63,066 nucleotides of DNA, filler included, from Octopus bimaculoides (GCF_001194135.2; 7 parts of 6 records of this genome joined end to end with filler, not necessarily neighbours in it), one strand, 5' to 3'. Positions 39,756 to 52,970 are shown, counted from the first letter of the whole stretch. Notes: a model not told the origin generated them from the sequence alone. Made by a program: numbers and translations.

Positions 39756-40297
39756 NNNNNNNNNNNNNNNNNNNNNNNNNNNNNNNNNNNNNNNNNNNNT
39801 TAATTAATTAANNNNNNNNNNNNNNNNNNNNNNNNNNNNNNNNNNNNNNNNNNNNTCTCTTTCTCTCTATCTATCTCTCTTTCTGTCTCTCTCTTTCTCT
39901 CTTTCTCTCTCTGTGAAAGTATATGTCACTACAGTATCGAAATGTGATTGTTTCAGTTAGTGGAATAGTTTCATTTTTAAAGTGAAAGTATTTGACATGA
40001 GTGTTTTTGTTTCACTTTTGACACGTAATACTTAAATAGTGGAGGAGATATTATGTTGCCGTGACATTGGTTGCGTAGTTCTCGAGTTTTAGGGATTCAC
40101 ACAGACAGACAGACAGACAGACAGACAGATAGACACACACACATTCTCATTTTTATATATATAGATTATATATATATTTACATACACACTTACACACACA
40201 GACACACACATATATAAAAATTTATATATATATACACAAATGAGTGGACAAACGAAAGAAGCGCACTCGACCAATTTATTGGGAGTTACATGTATGG

Positions 40298-41181
40298 ATC
40301 AGAACAGCTTGATTCAAATTCGTTGGTACTCTTGAGTTTCAAGCGCGATGCTAGTCGTCAGCCATTTTGAATTTCAATGACAGAAGTTGATTGTTATTAC
40401 CGTAAGGTGGGCTACGATTGGGCTACGTGGTGTCGTGGTTTGATGTTGGTATATGGGTGACAGTTAGTTGGAAAGTACTACATGGCGAATAGGAAATTGA
40501 CGAGGTGGAGGACAGTAAATAGACTAGAAGCTGGTCAGGTTGTTGGTTGGGGGAGTAGAAAGGGGCGGCATGTGCAAGTATATTGTTCTATATGTGGGTG
40601 TGCAGACGCGCCTATATAGTTTTAAGTGCATGCATATATTGATGCGAGTGTGCGCATCTGTACATAGACGCGCACGTGCACGTCTGCACACATACACGCA
40701 GGCGTATGTGTATACGTGTGAATGAGTGTGCATGTCTGCGCGTGCGATTTCATCCAAGCGCACACGTGTGTGTGTGTGTGTGCGTGTGTGTGTGTGCGCG
40801 TGTGTGGGCAGACGTGCGCGCCCATGTACAGATGTGGATACTCGCATCAATATACAAATACACAAAAAACTTTCTGGGCGCGTCTGTACACCCACAGGCC
40901 GCCTCTTCCAACTTCACTCCCAACAATCTGACCGACTTCTAGTCTATTTCCTGTCCTCCACGTGGTCAATTTCCTGGTTGCCATGTAGCATTGTCCAACT
41001 AACTGTTACCGATACTCCAACATCAAACCACGACACCGCGTGACCTACCTCGACCAATCGCAGCCCACCTTACGGTAATAACAATCACTTTCTGTCATTG
41101 AAATTGAAAATGGCTGACGTTTAGCGTTGCGCTTGAAACTCATGAACTCATGAGCATCAACGAATTTGAATCAAACTGTTT

Positions 41182-41185
<4 letters not shown>
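40298..41185. mobile_element. Foldback element of about 890 bp with arms of about 400 bp
   Basis: 40298-40700 aligns with the reverse complement of 40790-41185 at roughly 80% by eye. Confidence 0.85.
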
Positions 41186-41280
<95 letters not shown>

Positions 41281-41753
41281 CACCCACACACACACATACA
41301 CACTCACATATATATATACTACATGGATTAAAGCAACCCTCTACCAAGTATATAAACACCATCTTCCGCTCTATAACACCTTCAACACAACCTAACATCT
41401 ATAAATACAATAGTCATTTCTGTCCAATTCTGTAGATATCCGACCCGGAATAAAGTTACCATGGGATTTTATGCGCTGTTTTATCATTCTGATTTCGTTC
41501 CTCGTTGCTCCCGCAATAGGTTAATATATCGGTTTAGTCTTCTGGTTCTGATCTTCGTAGTGTTATCACTACCAGCATGTTCTCCGTCTGTTTCTTACCT
41601 TGTTATGAGTCTTGAAGATTAGGTGTAATCCTCCAATCATCCAGGTGTATTGAATACTTCGTGTTAAATATCGTTTAAGGTTCCCTATAGATGCTACTTC
41701 GAGGGCATATAGAAATTTGTTCTGTGTAACACGATTTTTGTCCTTGGGTAGCA

Positions 41754-42163
41754 ACTGCTATTTCCTATTTGCTTACCCCTAGAAAGTATGAAAAATGGCT
41801 AATATTTCCTTCAAACTTAACTTTTATCACATTTATTCACAACCCCAAAATTCCTCTCAACATATAGCTATGACGCTCCTCTTGTTCATGATCAGCGATG
41901 CACATATTATCAACCACTAAGGGACATGCTCAAGTACTTAAGGTCAAGCAACTGACAAGCAAATCTGTGGTATTGAGTAGAATATTTGCTATAACGATAG
42001 TTCTGCTTCAGCAACTCAGTGCTAAATTTGCACCGTAATGGAAATGTAATGGAAAATAGGTCAGTTTCAAAGCATTGATGTCCAGGTCTCAATAGCAAAG
42101 CTTGAAGTGAATAGTTGTCATTTCCTTTGATTTCTAGATTGAAGCAAATAGGAAATAACATTT
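41754..42163. mobile_element. Possible MITE bounded by inverted repeats
   Basis: TATTTCCTATTTGCTT (41759-41774) and AAGCAAATAGGAAATA (42142-42157) form a perfect 16-bp inverted pair with imperfect extensions. Confidence 0.5.
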
Positions 42164-42705
42164 ACTGATCAGAGAAAAAACATAGTGTAATTTGAAGAAT
42201 GTTACTTGTCTTTTCATTGATGAAATCGTCAGGCAGGGATGATAAATCTTTTGTGACATACTTCTCCGAAGATTTATTTATTCGGTGCACTGAGCTGGGT
42301 TCACCTTGTGTCACTGGCTAAAAACAAGCAAAATAATATGCTTCTGTTGTTACTGACGTTCTTTAAATTTGTTGTTTTCGTAAGTTTTATCTTGTATTTG
42401 TTTATCTTAATGTCTGTTCCAGTATTTGTTTATCTTAATGTCTGTTCAGTTTCAATTATTGCTATTTTATATTTACCACGCCTGCGGCTAGAACCTGTTT
42501 TCGCTTCCTCCAGAACTGATCATCTTGAATCACTAACAAAAAAAATATTTGCAAAAATATATCAAAAATTTATAGGAAATTCATTTTGCTACTACAGGGC
42601 AATAGAGCGGGGGTGGGGGCGCTGAAATGCCTTAGACGTCTTTGCTGGAAAGATAAAGCGTAAAGTATTTTCTCCCAGTGAACTATGAAAATCCAGGTCT
42701 TCTCC

Positions 42706-42756
<51 letters not shown>

Positions 42757-42998
42757 ACGGAGAGAAGGAAACGAGTTTCTTTATTGATAACAATAATTAG
42801 CAAAAGAAGAGGTACAACTAAACATAACTGAAATAACTGAAAATGTTGGCATTATAGATGTAACTTTGGCGAAGTGGTAAAGAAAAAATTCTACAACCTA
42901 CTCAATAAGTCATTTTTATGTGATTCTTATTTCCCTTGCCACCAGTAATATGAAATATCAGTATCGTTCCTTCAGACCTTCAGACACGTACGCATGCG

Positions 42999-43040
<42 letters not shown>

Positions 43041-44171
43041 TACATGCATACATGTGAGCAAAGACATACACACACATGCAAACACACACACACTCACATA
43101 CGCGCACACTTGTACACATGTATACATATGATCAAATATATACACACACATACACGCACAAACGCACGCTAGCGCGCGCATACGAGTGCGGTGGGAATGA
43201 CATATATGAATCCAAGAGAGAAATATGTATATGTGTTGCTAAAGCTGAAAGGAATATAGAGATGGAAAATTCAAGGAAATATTCAATGAAGTGCCTGTAA
43301 AATGGCAAGTGTTGGATTGTAAATCTTTCAAACNNNNNNNNNNNNNNNNNNNNNNNNNNNNNNNNNNNNNNNNNNNNNNNNNNNNNNNNNNNNNNNNNNN
43401 NNNNNNNNNNNNNNNNNNNNNNNNNNNNNNNNNNNNNNNNNNNNNNNNNNNNNNNNNNNNNNNNNNNNNNNNNNNNNNNNNNNNNNNNNNNNNNNNNNNN
43501 NNNNNNNNNNNNNNNNNNNNNNNNNNNNNNNNNNNNNNNNNNNNNNNNNNNNNNNNNNNNNNNNNNNNNNNNNNNNNNNNNNNNNNNNNNNNNNNNNNNN
43601 NNNNNNNNNNNNNNNNNNNNNNNNNNNNNNNNNNNNNNNNNNNNNNNNNNNNNNNNNNNNNNNNNNNNNNNNNNNNNNNNNNNNNNNNNNNNNNNNNNNN
43701 NNNNNNNNNNNNNNNNNNNNNNNNNNNNNNNNNNNNNNNNNNNNNNNNNNNNNNNNNNNNNNNNNNNNNNNNNNNNNNNNNNNNNNNNNNNNNNNNNNNN
43801 NNNNNNNNNNNTATATATATATATATATATATATAGTTAAGTTAGTGTGATTGCTGGAATTTCCTTACTCCAATATATCATCAACGTTATATTTCAGCCT
43901 GAATATAAAACTAACATCGACTCGCACGCAAGCCATTATTTAAGCTAGACTCTTGACAACGTTATCATCTAGAGAGATGTGCTAAAAAAATAAAAACCAA
44001 TGGCTGAATGTTGAATTATGTCACAATCACTGCCGTCACCATCATCAACTGTGCAAGTTGTATAATTTTTTGAAGTATTTGTAAATCCCGTTGTTTGAGT
44101 CTTTCGCCTCTTTGTGATGATATGGTCGATTAATCATTGAAAATTAAACCTACAGAAAACTAGCATATAAT

Positions 44172-44380
44172 ATTAGTTTCAAATTTTTGGCACAAAACCA
44201 GCAATTTAGGAGGAAGGGCTAAGTCGATTACATCGACCCCAATACTCGACTGGTATTTAATTTTATTGACCCTGAAAGGCAAAGTTGACCTTGGCAGAAT
44301 TTGAATTCAGAACATAAGAACGGACGAAAAGTCACGATGCATTTTGCCCAGTGTGCTACCATTTCTGCCAACTCACCGAC
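44172..44380 (-). mobile_element. SINE family B
   Basis: Head, core and tail on the minus strand. Confidence 0.8.
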
Positions 44381-44391
44381 TTAAGCTAGCA

Positions 44392-44995
44392 TATTATTGG
44401 GTTGTCCGGAAAGTTCGTGCCGATTTTTCAAAAGGTTCTTCACACTCAACTCATGTGGTACCCAAACATCGTAGCGATTTGTGTACCCAAGCTTTACTAG
44501 GTGCTCATGAACGACGGATTTTGATAGGTTGAAGCTTTCTGCCCAATTCTCGGGTTGTGCAATGTGGGTTATTCTCAATTAATGACTTGATTAGGTCATC
44601 ATCTGTAGTGGATGGTCTGCCTGATCGCTCTTTATCAATAAGGCTACAATCTCCAGCTCGGAACCTTGTGAACTACTTCCGTACAATTCTTTCGGATAAA
44701 GAAACATCACCGTAAACTGCGCATATTTCTTTGGTTGCTTGTGAGGCATTTTTCTCTTTACGGAAAAAGAAAAGCATCAAGTGCAGAAAATGAACTTTCT
44801 TATCTTCCATTTTAAAGGGTTACAGAATTAACACAGGTTATAGGAACATAAACCTTCTTCCACGAAAAGATAGCTTAAACAACTCTAAATGGAAGTGTAG
44901 TCAAATCCTATTTTATGGACTCAACTATATTCTAAAATAAGTCGAAAGGTAAGCTACTATAAATCGGCAGGAACTTTTCGGACAACCCAATAATA
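44392..44995 (-). mobile_element. Internally deleted mariner with both TIRs and TA ends
   Basis: 35-bp inverted ends with 2 mismatches. From the ATG at 44810: MEDKKVHF..ICAVYGD..FRAGD..RSGRP..NNPHCTTREL..VWVPHEL, broken by a stop and frameshifts. Confidence 0.92.
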
Positions 44996-45150
44996 TTACA
45001 TGTAAATATGAACTGACTATCTTTACTAGAAAATGATATAAAGTCACTTTAATAGTGAGTGTTTCTAATTCAAAGGAGATAATGAGTGATTGCACTCCTT
45101 GTGTTTGGTTGTAATATTTACTGATAGCTACCGATGTGTCAATAAAATTG

Positions 45151-45560
45151 TTGTTTAGGTTCTTGATCAGCCATGATCAAGCAGACGTATGAGTAACGAC
45201 GCTCTAGCAATGACCACTCCAACTTGTTTTCAAATATTCTGTATCTAGCGCTTTCTTTGTCGTATATCACTAATGGCAACTGCTGCTTTCACGATTTTTA
45301 ATATGAAATGTGAATGCTGTTGTTTAGCTTATAGGTTAATTTTGATAAAAGAGATCTTGCCATCAAAGATAGTCCAGCCGTGACTATCCCGTTTTTTCAA
45401 ACGTCACTTTTATCAGCTGTTACAGGAAATGTCAATGATGTTTAAATCCCCGGTCAGCCTTGAACAAATAGAAATGTAATTAAGACGTTCCAATCGTGAC
45501 AGTTCCGTCCATTTTTCGGACGCGGTGTATCTCAGACAACATAATCTAATATCAATGGCG
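45151..45560 (+). repeat. Three diverged copies of a motif of about 80 bp
   Basis: Units at 45151-45230, 45319-45397 and 45438-45516 share TGTTTA..GTCAGCC.TGA..AA..CCAGCCGTGACCATCCCGT.TTTT. Confidence 0.6.
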
Positions 45561-46228
45561 GTAACTGTTGTGTTGAATACACACGAGGTGTGTCATTATG
45601 ATAAATATACTCAACTGTCGCTCAATCACAAATATCACACATCAAAGAATTCCAGTTAAGGATAATTCTTCTATTTTACCTGAAGACATTTACAGGAAGT
45701 GAAAACTCTACACTCCATGTCAGTCAGGTTAATTTCCAGAACTCACAGGTAGGTGTGATAATTAAGTCATCAAGATGATTGTTAAGTCACGTGAAGGACA
45801 CAAGTTGAAATATCTCTTGAAAATGGCGTTAAATGTCTGACACGTATAGAGGCTAGTTCGTTATATTAATGACGGTGAGAGGGACAGGAGATTGTTTTTA
45901 ACTTGGTACGGAACAAATATGGCAAGATGCTTTGTTCAAAGGTTACTGTTTTTTAATACTCTTTTTTTTTTATCTCCGCCGATATATAAATAAGCGAAAG
46001 ATACTTATACACAGGTATACTCACTGCACACATACTTGCGCAGGTACACAGACTGCAAACTTACAGAAACGAACTCACACATGTTTATGTATGTATGTAT
46101 GTGTGTGAGTGTATATATATATATATATNNNNNNNNNNNNNNNNNNNNNNNNNNNNNNNNNNNNNNNNNNNNTTAATTAATTAANNNNNNNNNNNNNNNN
46201 NNNNNNNNNNNNNNNNNNNNNNNNNNNN

Positions 46229-47116
46229 ATGCTAATATTGTTTGAGCGCAATACTCCATTAGAATGATATAATTGCAGCTTCGTGTTCCATAGGGACATA
46301 TTATACTTTAAAAAATCTGAAATCACAGGAGAAATTTTGAAAATGTCCAGCGATTTCAGAATCCACGAATGTGGTATGCTGTCAAAGGCTTTTTTTATAA
46401 TCAATCCATGAAGAGCTGAGATTTATGCGCTTGTTATGGCAGTTCTCAAGGATCATGCGATTAATTAAGAGCTGATCTTTGCATCCGTATGAGCCTCGTC
46501 TGCATCCTTTTTGTTCAGTGGGAAAGAGGTTATTCTCTTCCATAAACGTATATGTTTTCTTCACTAGAATAGATGTCAAAATCTTATAGGTAGTAGACAA
46601 ACACGTTATAGGCCGGTAGTTTTTTGGATCTTTGGTTTCGTTATTTTTCGGGAGGAGGTAAGTAATACCATTTGCCATCCAATGGGGAGTTTTTTCTGGG
46701 TCTTTCATAATACTATTAAATAGTACTACTAAGATTTTGTGTGCGAACGAGAGTGATAAGAGCCAGAAATTTGGTACTCTATCAGTACCAGGGGATTTCC
46801 ACATATGAGCCTTCGTTAGTGCCCTCCTTAGGTCAGCGACTGAGATGTCTTCCCATACCTGTTCTTGTAGATTTTTGTAGGCATCTTGGGTGCGTTTGAT
46901 CCAGTCTGCATTTTCATTGTATGGTTTCTCATCACTCCAGATCCCTTTCCAGAAGTTTTCAACTTCTTCCATTCGGGGTGGGTTTTCAATGGTTATTTTT
47001 TCTTTCCCTATTTCCCTGTAAAATGATTTAGCATTGGATTTGAACATCTTATTTTGCCTGTAGAATCTGATTCTTTTCTCAAATCTGCGTATTCTCTGAG
47101 CCTTCGCTTGAACTTT
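46229..47116 (-). mobile_element. R4/Dong-clade LINE reverse-transcriptase segment with one +1 frameshift; flanked by gaps
   Basis: WKSPGTD, YLLPK, NYRPITCL, EQKGC, CKDQLLI, WIDYKK/AFDSIPH. The frame breaks only at a T7 run (46390-46396). Confidence 0.93.
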
Positions 47117-47704
47117 NNNNNNNNNNNNNNNNNNNNNNNNNNNNNNNNNNNNNNNNNNNNNNNNNNNNNNNNNNNNNNNNNNNNNNNNNNNNNNNNNNNN
47201 NNNNNNNNNNNNNNNNNNNNNNNNNNNNNNNNNNNNNNNNNNNNNNNNNNNNNNNNNNNNNNNNNNNNNNNNNNNNNNNNNNNNNNNNNNNNNNNNNNNN
47301 NNNNNNNNNNNNNNNNNNNNNNNNNNNNNNNNNNNNNNNNNNNNNNNNNNNNNNNNNNNNNNNNNNNNNNNNNNNNNNNNNNNNNNNNNNNNNNNNNNNN
47401 NNNNNNNNNNNNNNNNNNNNNNNNNNNNNNNNNNNNNNNNNNNNNNNNNNNNNNNNNNNNNNNNNNNNNNNNNNNNNNNNNNNNNNNNNNNNNNNNNNNN
47501 NNNNNNNNNNNNNNNNNNNNNNNNNNNNNNNNNNNNNNNNNNNNNNNNNNNNNNNNNNNNNNNNNNNNNNNNNNNNNNNNNNNNNNNNNNNNNNNNNNNN
47601 NNNNNNNNNNNNNNNNNNNNNNNNNNNNNNNNNNNNNNNNNNNNNNNNNNNNNNNNNNNNNNNNNNNNNNNNNNNNNNNNNNNNNNNNNNNNNNNNNNNN
47701 NNNN

Positions 47705-47739
47705 TATTATTATTATTATTATTATTATCATCATCATCA

Positions 47740-47785
<46 letters not shown>

Positions 47786-47796
47786 CATCATCATCA

Positions 47797-47853
<57 letters not shown>
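47705..47853. repeat. (TAT)n(CAT)n compound repeat
   Basis: Read directly from the sequence. Confidence 0.95.
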
Positions 47854-47854
<1 letters not shown>

Positions 47855-48269
47855 TCTTATCCCCTTCTTTCAATTTTGTTTTCAAATCTTGCCACGTATC
47901 TTCCAAGTGTCTTCCCGATAACCAAGGAAAAGTAACTCAGTATATACATTGGTAGGCCATTGAAAAAAAGGCGCCAGATTGTCCATTTACAAAGTTATGT
48001 GACAGTAAAAAAGATGGGGGAAAACAGACACAGAGAAAAAGGAGGAAGAACAAAGAAAATATTATTAAAGCAGCCAGTTGGCATAATCGTTATCTCACTG
48101 TACTAAATACTTAGCGATATGTCGTTCCTTTTAACGTTCTGAGTAAACTTTCTTCACGCAGTAAGTCTACCACCAGAAAGTTGAATGAATCTGGTCATCA
48201 TTTAAACACTACCACTAAGATTAGTGGATAGCGTCAAGTTGACAACAGAATTCTTTGAAATGTTGCTCT

Positions 48270-48500
48270 AGGGATGCAACAAAAGATAAGACGCAACAAT
48301 AAGATGGATAAGGCATGGATAAAAAGAGACATGTACTCTGTCATGGAACAAAGACTCCTAGATCAGAAAAATCTTATCACGAAAGACAATGGTTATCCCG
48401 TTTGGAACTGGAAGAGATCTTCAAAGCAATGGGGGATGGTGAACATGGCCACGACGTAGAAGAGGAAATTGAACAAGAAGCAGCAAAACAGTCAATAAAT
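48270..48500 (+). mobile_element. R4/Dong-like ORF N-terminal fragment
   Basis: MEQRLLDQKNLI then, after a frameshift, QWLSRLELEEI; matches the EQRL.DQ..I..WLS.LE.EEI motif. Confidence 0.65.
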
Positions 48501-48654
48501 CATAAGAAATAAAGAAACTGTAAACATGGTAAAAACAAATTTTAGTTTCCTCTAAGTTGCTGGCCTTTTGACTAAATCAGTTTGAAGTCATTAAGACTGC
48601 GATCTGGTAAAGCCATTAATGCATTCGACAAAATGCTTTATTTCTTCCGACTCA

Positions 48655-49231
48655 CTGCGCACTAATTTCAAATTCTGCTCGGGTCGACTTTAGCTTCATT
48701 CCTTTAAAGTAGATAAAATAAAGAACTTGTCAAGAAGTGGGGTCGATGTAATCGACTTTCCTTATGCCAATATTAATGAAGACAAGGGCGGCGAGCTAGC
48801 AGAAATGTTAGCACGCCGGGAGAAATGCTTAGCGGTATACCGTCTGTCTTTCTGAGTTCAAATTCCGCCGAGATCGACTTTGCTTTTCATACTTTTGGGG
48901 TCAAAAAGTTAAGTACCAATTGTGTACTGATGTCGATCTAATCGACTCGTCAAAAATTTGGAGCCTTGTGCCTAAAGTAGAAAAGAATATTTTGTACGTG
49001 GGAAAGCGTCGAGCTGGCCGAATCGTTAGCACACCAAGAGAAATGCTTAGCGGTATTTCGTCGGTCTTCAGATTCTGAATTCAAATTCCACCGAAGTCGA
49101 ATTTGCTTTAAATGCTGTCGAAGTCGATAAAATACGTACCACTTGAATACTGGAACCGATGTAATCGACTTCCCCTTCGCCCCCGAAAATACTGGCCATA
49201 TGCCAAAACTTCAAACAAATATTAATGAAGA
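48655..49231 (+). mobile_element. Three head-to-tail SINE B copies
   Basis: Units at about 48655-48775, 48787-48990 and 49008-49222. Confidence 0.85.
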
Positions 49232-49493
49232 GTATTTTTTTGTTTTCTTTTCCCCATTTCTAAAATTAATTTTTTTTTTAAATCATTGTTGCATTTCTAG
49301 ATGTTTTTATTTGTGCTTGTTATTCTGGGATTCCTTGCCTTTATCTCAGTGAAGCTCTCTCCTTTATAAATATGTATGCGTTCTGTTTTGTTCTTGTTTG
49401 TATTTCCTATAGAATTGAGAGCATTATAAGTAATATGTCTGCACTGCCTAATTCCCTTATTTTCTGAGTGTCGTTAATATTTCTATTACCTAG

Positions 49494-49986
49494 GCCGGCG
49501 AGCTGGCAGAAACTTTAGCCTGCTTGAACGGAACAAAACGGTAAACAGATGCAACGACTCAACACGGCTATTCAAGAGAAAATACCTAATCGGCAGCATG
49601 GAGTTCCTCTGCTGCACGACAACGTCCACCCTCATATCGCCAATATGACCAAGGAAGCCGTTCAAACGCATGACTGGGAAGTGCTGCTACACCTGCCGTA
49701 CTCTTCTGATTTGGCACCAACGGATTTCCACTTATTTCGATCTCTTTCAAATGCTATGCGCAGTTTCATTCAATACTGATGCAGAATTGAGAGCTTGGTT
49801 GTATCAATTTTTCGAGACGAAATCGGGTGATTTCTACCAACGAGGTATTGAAAATCTTGTTGAACGTTGGGAAGAAGTTGTAAACAACTAGGGTGAATAC
49901 GTAATTGATTAATTAGTTTTTATTTTTTATTAAACATTTTTAAAAGATTTAAAAGAAACGCCTGGAACTTAGTTGCCAACCCAGTA
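49494..49986 (+). mobile_element. SINE B head abutting a mariner transposase C-terminal fragment with its right TIR
   Basis: LLHDNVHPH, PYSSDLAPTDFHLFRSL and GIENLVERWEEVV; ends GGAACTTAGTTGCCAACCCAG|TA. Confidence 0.88.
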
Positions 49987-50829
49987 TTTTAAACAACATG
50001 TACGATTTTCATCCTATTTAATTCAGTAGTGTATGTAAAGTCACATACAAACGGTAACCTAGTTTTCTAATGTTCTCTTTAGCAGTCCATGTGGCCAATA
50101 AAATAGATCTTCAACATTATCATTATTAATGTTTCTGTTTCAGCTGCTGCCGGTGTTGCTGTTACTGCGATCATTATTTTTATTGTTTTAAGACCACCAT
50201 CATCGTGTACTCATTTGGTATACACACACACACACACATATGTATGTATGTGTGTGCGTATGTTGCGCGCGCATGTTTCTTTGCGATGTATGAATGTATT
50301 TGTTCTTCAAGACATCTAACACAAAAGAGAAAAAAAAACAATGTAGCGTTTCCATCAGGTCTGAAGACTTTAAACAGACAGTTGTTTTAGTCTGGATAAT
50401 GGCCACTCCAAGCAATCTCAACGTTCGTTTTCATTACGTTCATACCAGACTACATTTATAGTTCTTCAAAATAGAATCTGCGTACATATTGCGTCCTATT
50501 TCTACCAACGCATCACATCTCTATACAAAGCTTCAACGTCGGTATTGTTTTAACTATCTTCGAATTGTTGACGGCCAATATTGCAGTTTGTAAATACTAC
50601 AATATCACTACTTGGCAAATTATTCCGTGATTACTTTTATCGGAAACCATGCTGTTTCATTTTTATATTCTTTAACCAATTTGTTTTAGATACTGCTAGT
50701 ATTTGTGACTGGTGTTTTTAGCATAATTTCATCTTAATGAATAGTCTTTCCGAGATCATATTGCAACATGTTAGACGTTTCCCATTGCCGTGTGTTTTGG
50801 AGCGAATAGCTCAGTTGTTACCAGTAAAC

Positions 50830-50901
<72 letters not shown>

Positions 50902-52619
50902 CATCATATCTGGGTTTTTGACTCACTGTACATCTATAAATAGGTTCTCCCGACTAATATCGCAGTTAAATAGAATTTTCATGATGTATTTGCGTCATGT
51001 TTGATACACAGATGACCATTTATTTCTATTGATCACTATTTGAGACACTTCCGATTTCTTGAGGGTTTTCTTTCTTTTTTTTTTTTTTTGAAACCTTATA
51101 CAGCATGTAACGGAGGTTATTCTAATGCGAAGTCCATTAATTCTCTGTGAGTATATTTGTGTATAATTTTGCTTGGGAGTGTCTCTCTAGACGTCCGTCA
51201 TGAAATGTTTAATGGTTAACTTCTAGAGTTTTAGAAGAAATGTTATTTTAAGTCGAAAAAGAGAAATAAACCAAATTTCCGCAAAATAATAAGAAAACAA
51301 AGAATAAAATATATAAGAGTGACTGATGGTCGAATATTGTCTGCCATTTTTCAATCTTATCGATCTCTTTTTTTATGTGATTTTAAAATAGAAAAAAATG
51401 ATTAAAGAGGTCTTGATTGATTAATTGATATAAAGAATCTAGGTTTGGCTTTTAGATGTGACGCTTCAAGTTGGTAAAAGAAGAATAAAAAATGTATGTT
51501 CTATAACACTCCTTGATAAATTTTCTCTCATATTCACTTCCTCTGCCATCGACGTCACTACTACCATTCACGCCACCTGACATCATCAAAATTACCAGCA
51601 CAGCTAGCGATGCCACTCTCGATTCCTGTTGTTTGAATATGCGTAACAAACGGGAAAATATAGAATTCTTCTCACTAATTTTGATATTCCATACATCTAC
51701 TACATCTCATTACAATTCTTTTGAACATATTTGGCAACCTTAAAACAAATAGATTCAATTATGTTATTACCGACAACACCCTTTCATTCTCATAATGATG
51801 AGGACAACTATCGTTAACGCTGCTAATTTAACTAATACTATCACTATCACCATTATCGCCACAGATATCTTCTTACTTCAAATTACGTATCTGATCTTTG
51901 GTTTCCTCAGCCAGTGTTGATCTGGATCTAGACACCACCCAATCCACTTTAGTAACTCTAAGTACGGGCTCAGCTTCTTAGAATTTACAACCGAATTTCC
52001 ATTGCTTCATATCCTGGCACATTAAAATAGAAGAGCATATTAGATTATGTAGTCCTAGATATACTATACCTGGAAACAGAGATATAGGCACTACGGATAG
52101 AAAACTTTATTCACAGATCTGCTTAATAGGGCTGATGTTAGTGTAAATATAACATTTCCTAACTCAACGAGGGCATAATTACTATCAGTGTTCATTCCAT
52201 TACTCTCAAATATTACCATCTTGTATTAGTTCCCATCGTGTCTAAATCCTTTAGTATTTATCTTTCTATAATGTCTATCCCTTTCCGTAGAAATACTCGT
52301 CAATGTGCCCTCTTTGTAATGCACATCGACCAAAGATAAATCTCAATTTCGGAAATGTATGCGAAATGCTAGCTTTTTCACACGCAAAATAGACAGGACA
52401 ATTGGATCCTGGAAACGTTGTAAGCACAGGAAGGGCTACAATGATTATTGAAGTGCAGGCACAATCTAACATGTTGTATTATAACAGGTGTATTGGCGCT
52501 AGTTGGTTATATAAACATTCAGGTTATACTGTGCATTACTAAAAACAGTACCATGAGCCAAAGTGGCAGGGTCGCCTTGCCAGAAATATCAGTCAAATCT
52601 GACTCAAATTTCCACTAGA

Positions 52620-52970
52620 GAGGTGATTCATAAAAGATTTTTATCCATATAAGTTTTTTGGGGGTCAACGCAAGTAAAATGATTAATTGGGGATCCACGA
52701 TAGTATTTAAAGGGTCCATGAAAAATTGTGGACTAGACATATTTATGTATTGCAAGAAACAGGTTTCTTTTTCTAATATTTTACATAATTCACCATGTCT
52801 CGGGCCACTGGAACATTTTCTGTCGGAAAGTGAACGTGTGAGAAAAAAAAATTGGAATCTTGAATGAAGTGTTTATAAAACTAGTTTTTAAACATAGAAT
52901 GGTCGTGGGGTCTACCAAAATAAATTATCAATCAAATGGATTCATAAGCAAAAAATGGTTGACAACTGTT
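52620..52970 (+). mobile_element. hAT-type MITE, decayed
   Basis: Shares GGGGTC..CG..AGTA.TTTAA.GGGTCCATGAAAA with 55040-55105; TIR-like AAATGGTTGACAACTG at the right end. Confidence 0.5.

Noticed and set aside
29128-45560. Repeat-spacer patterns as CRISPR-like arrays
   Set aside because: Units are highly diverged, spacers are irregular, the context is eukaryotic and there are no cas-like ORFs.
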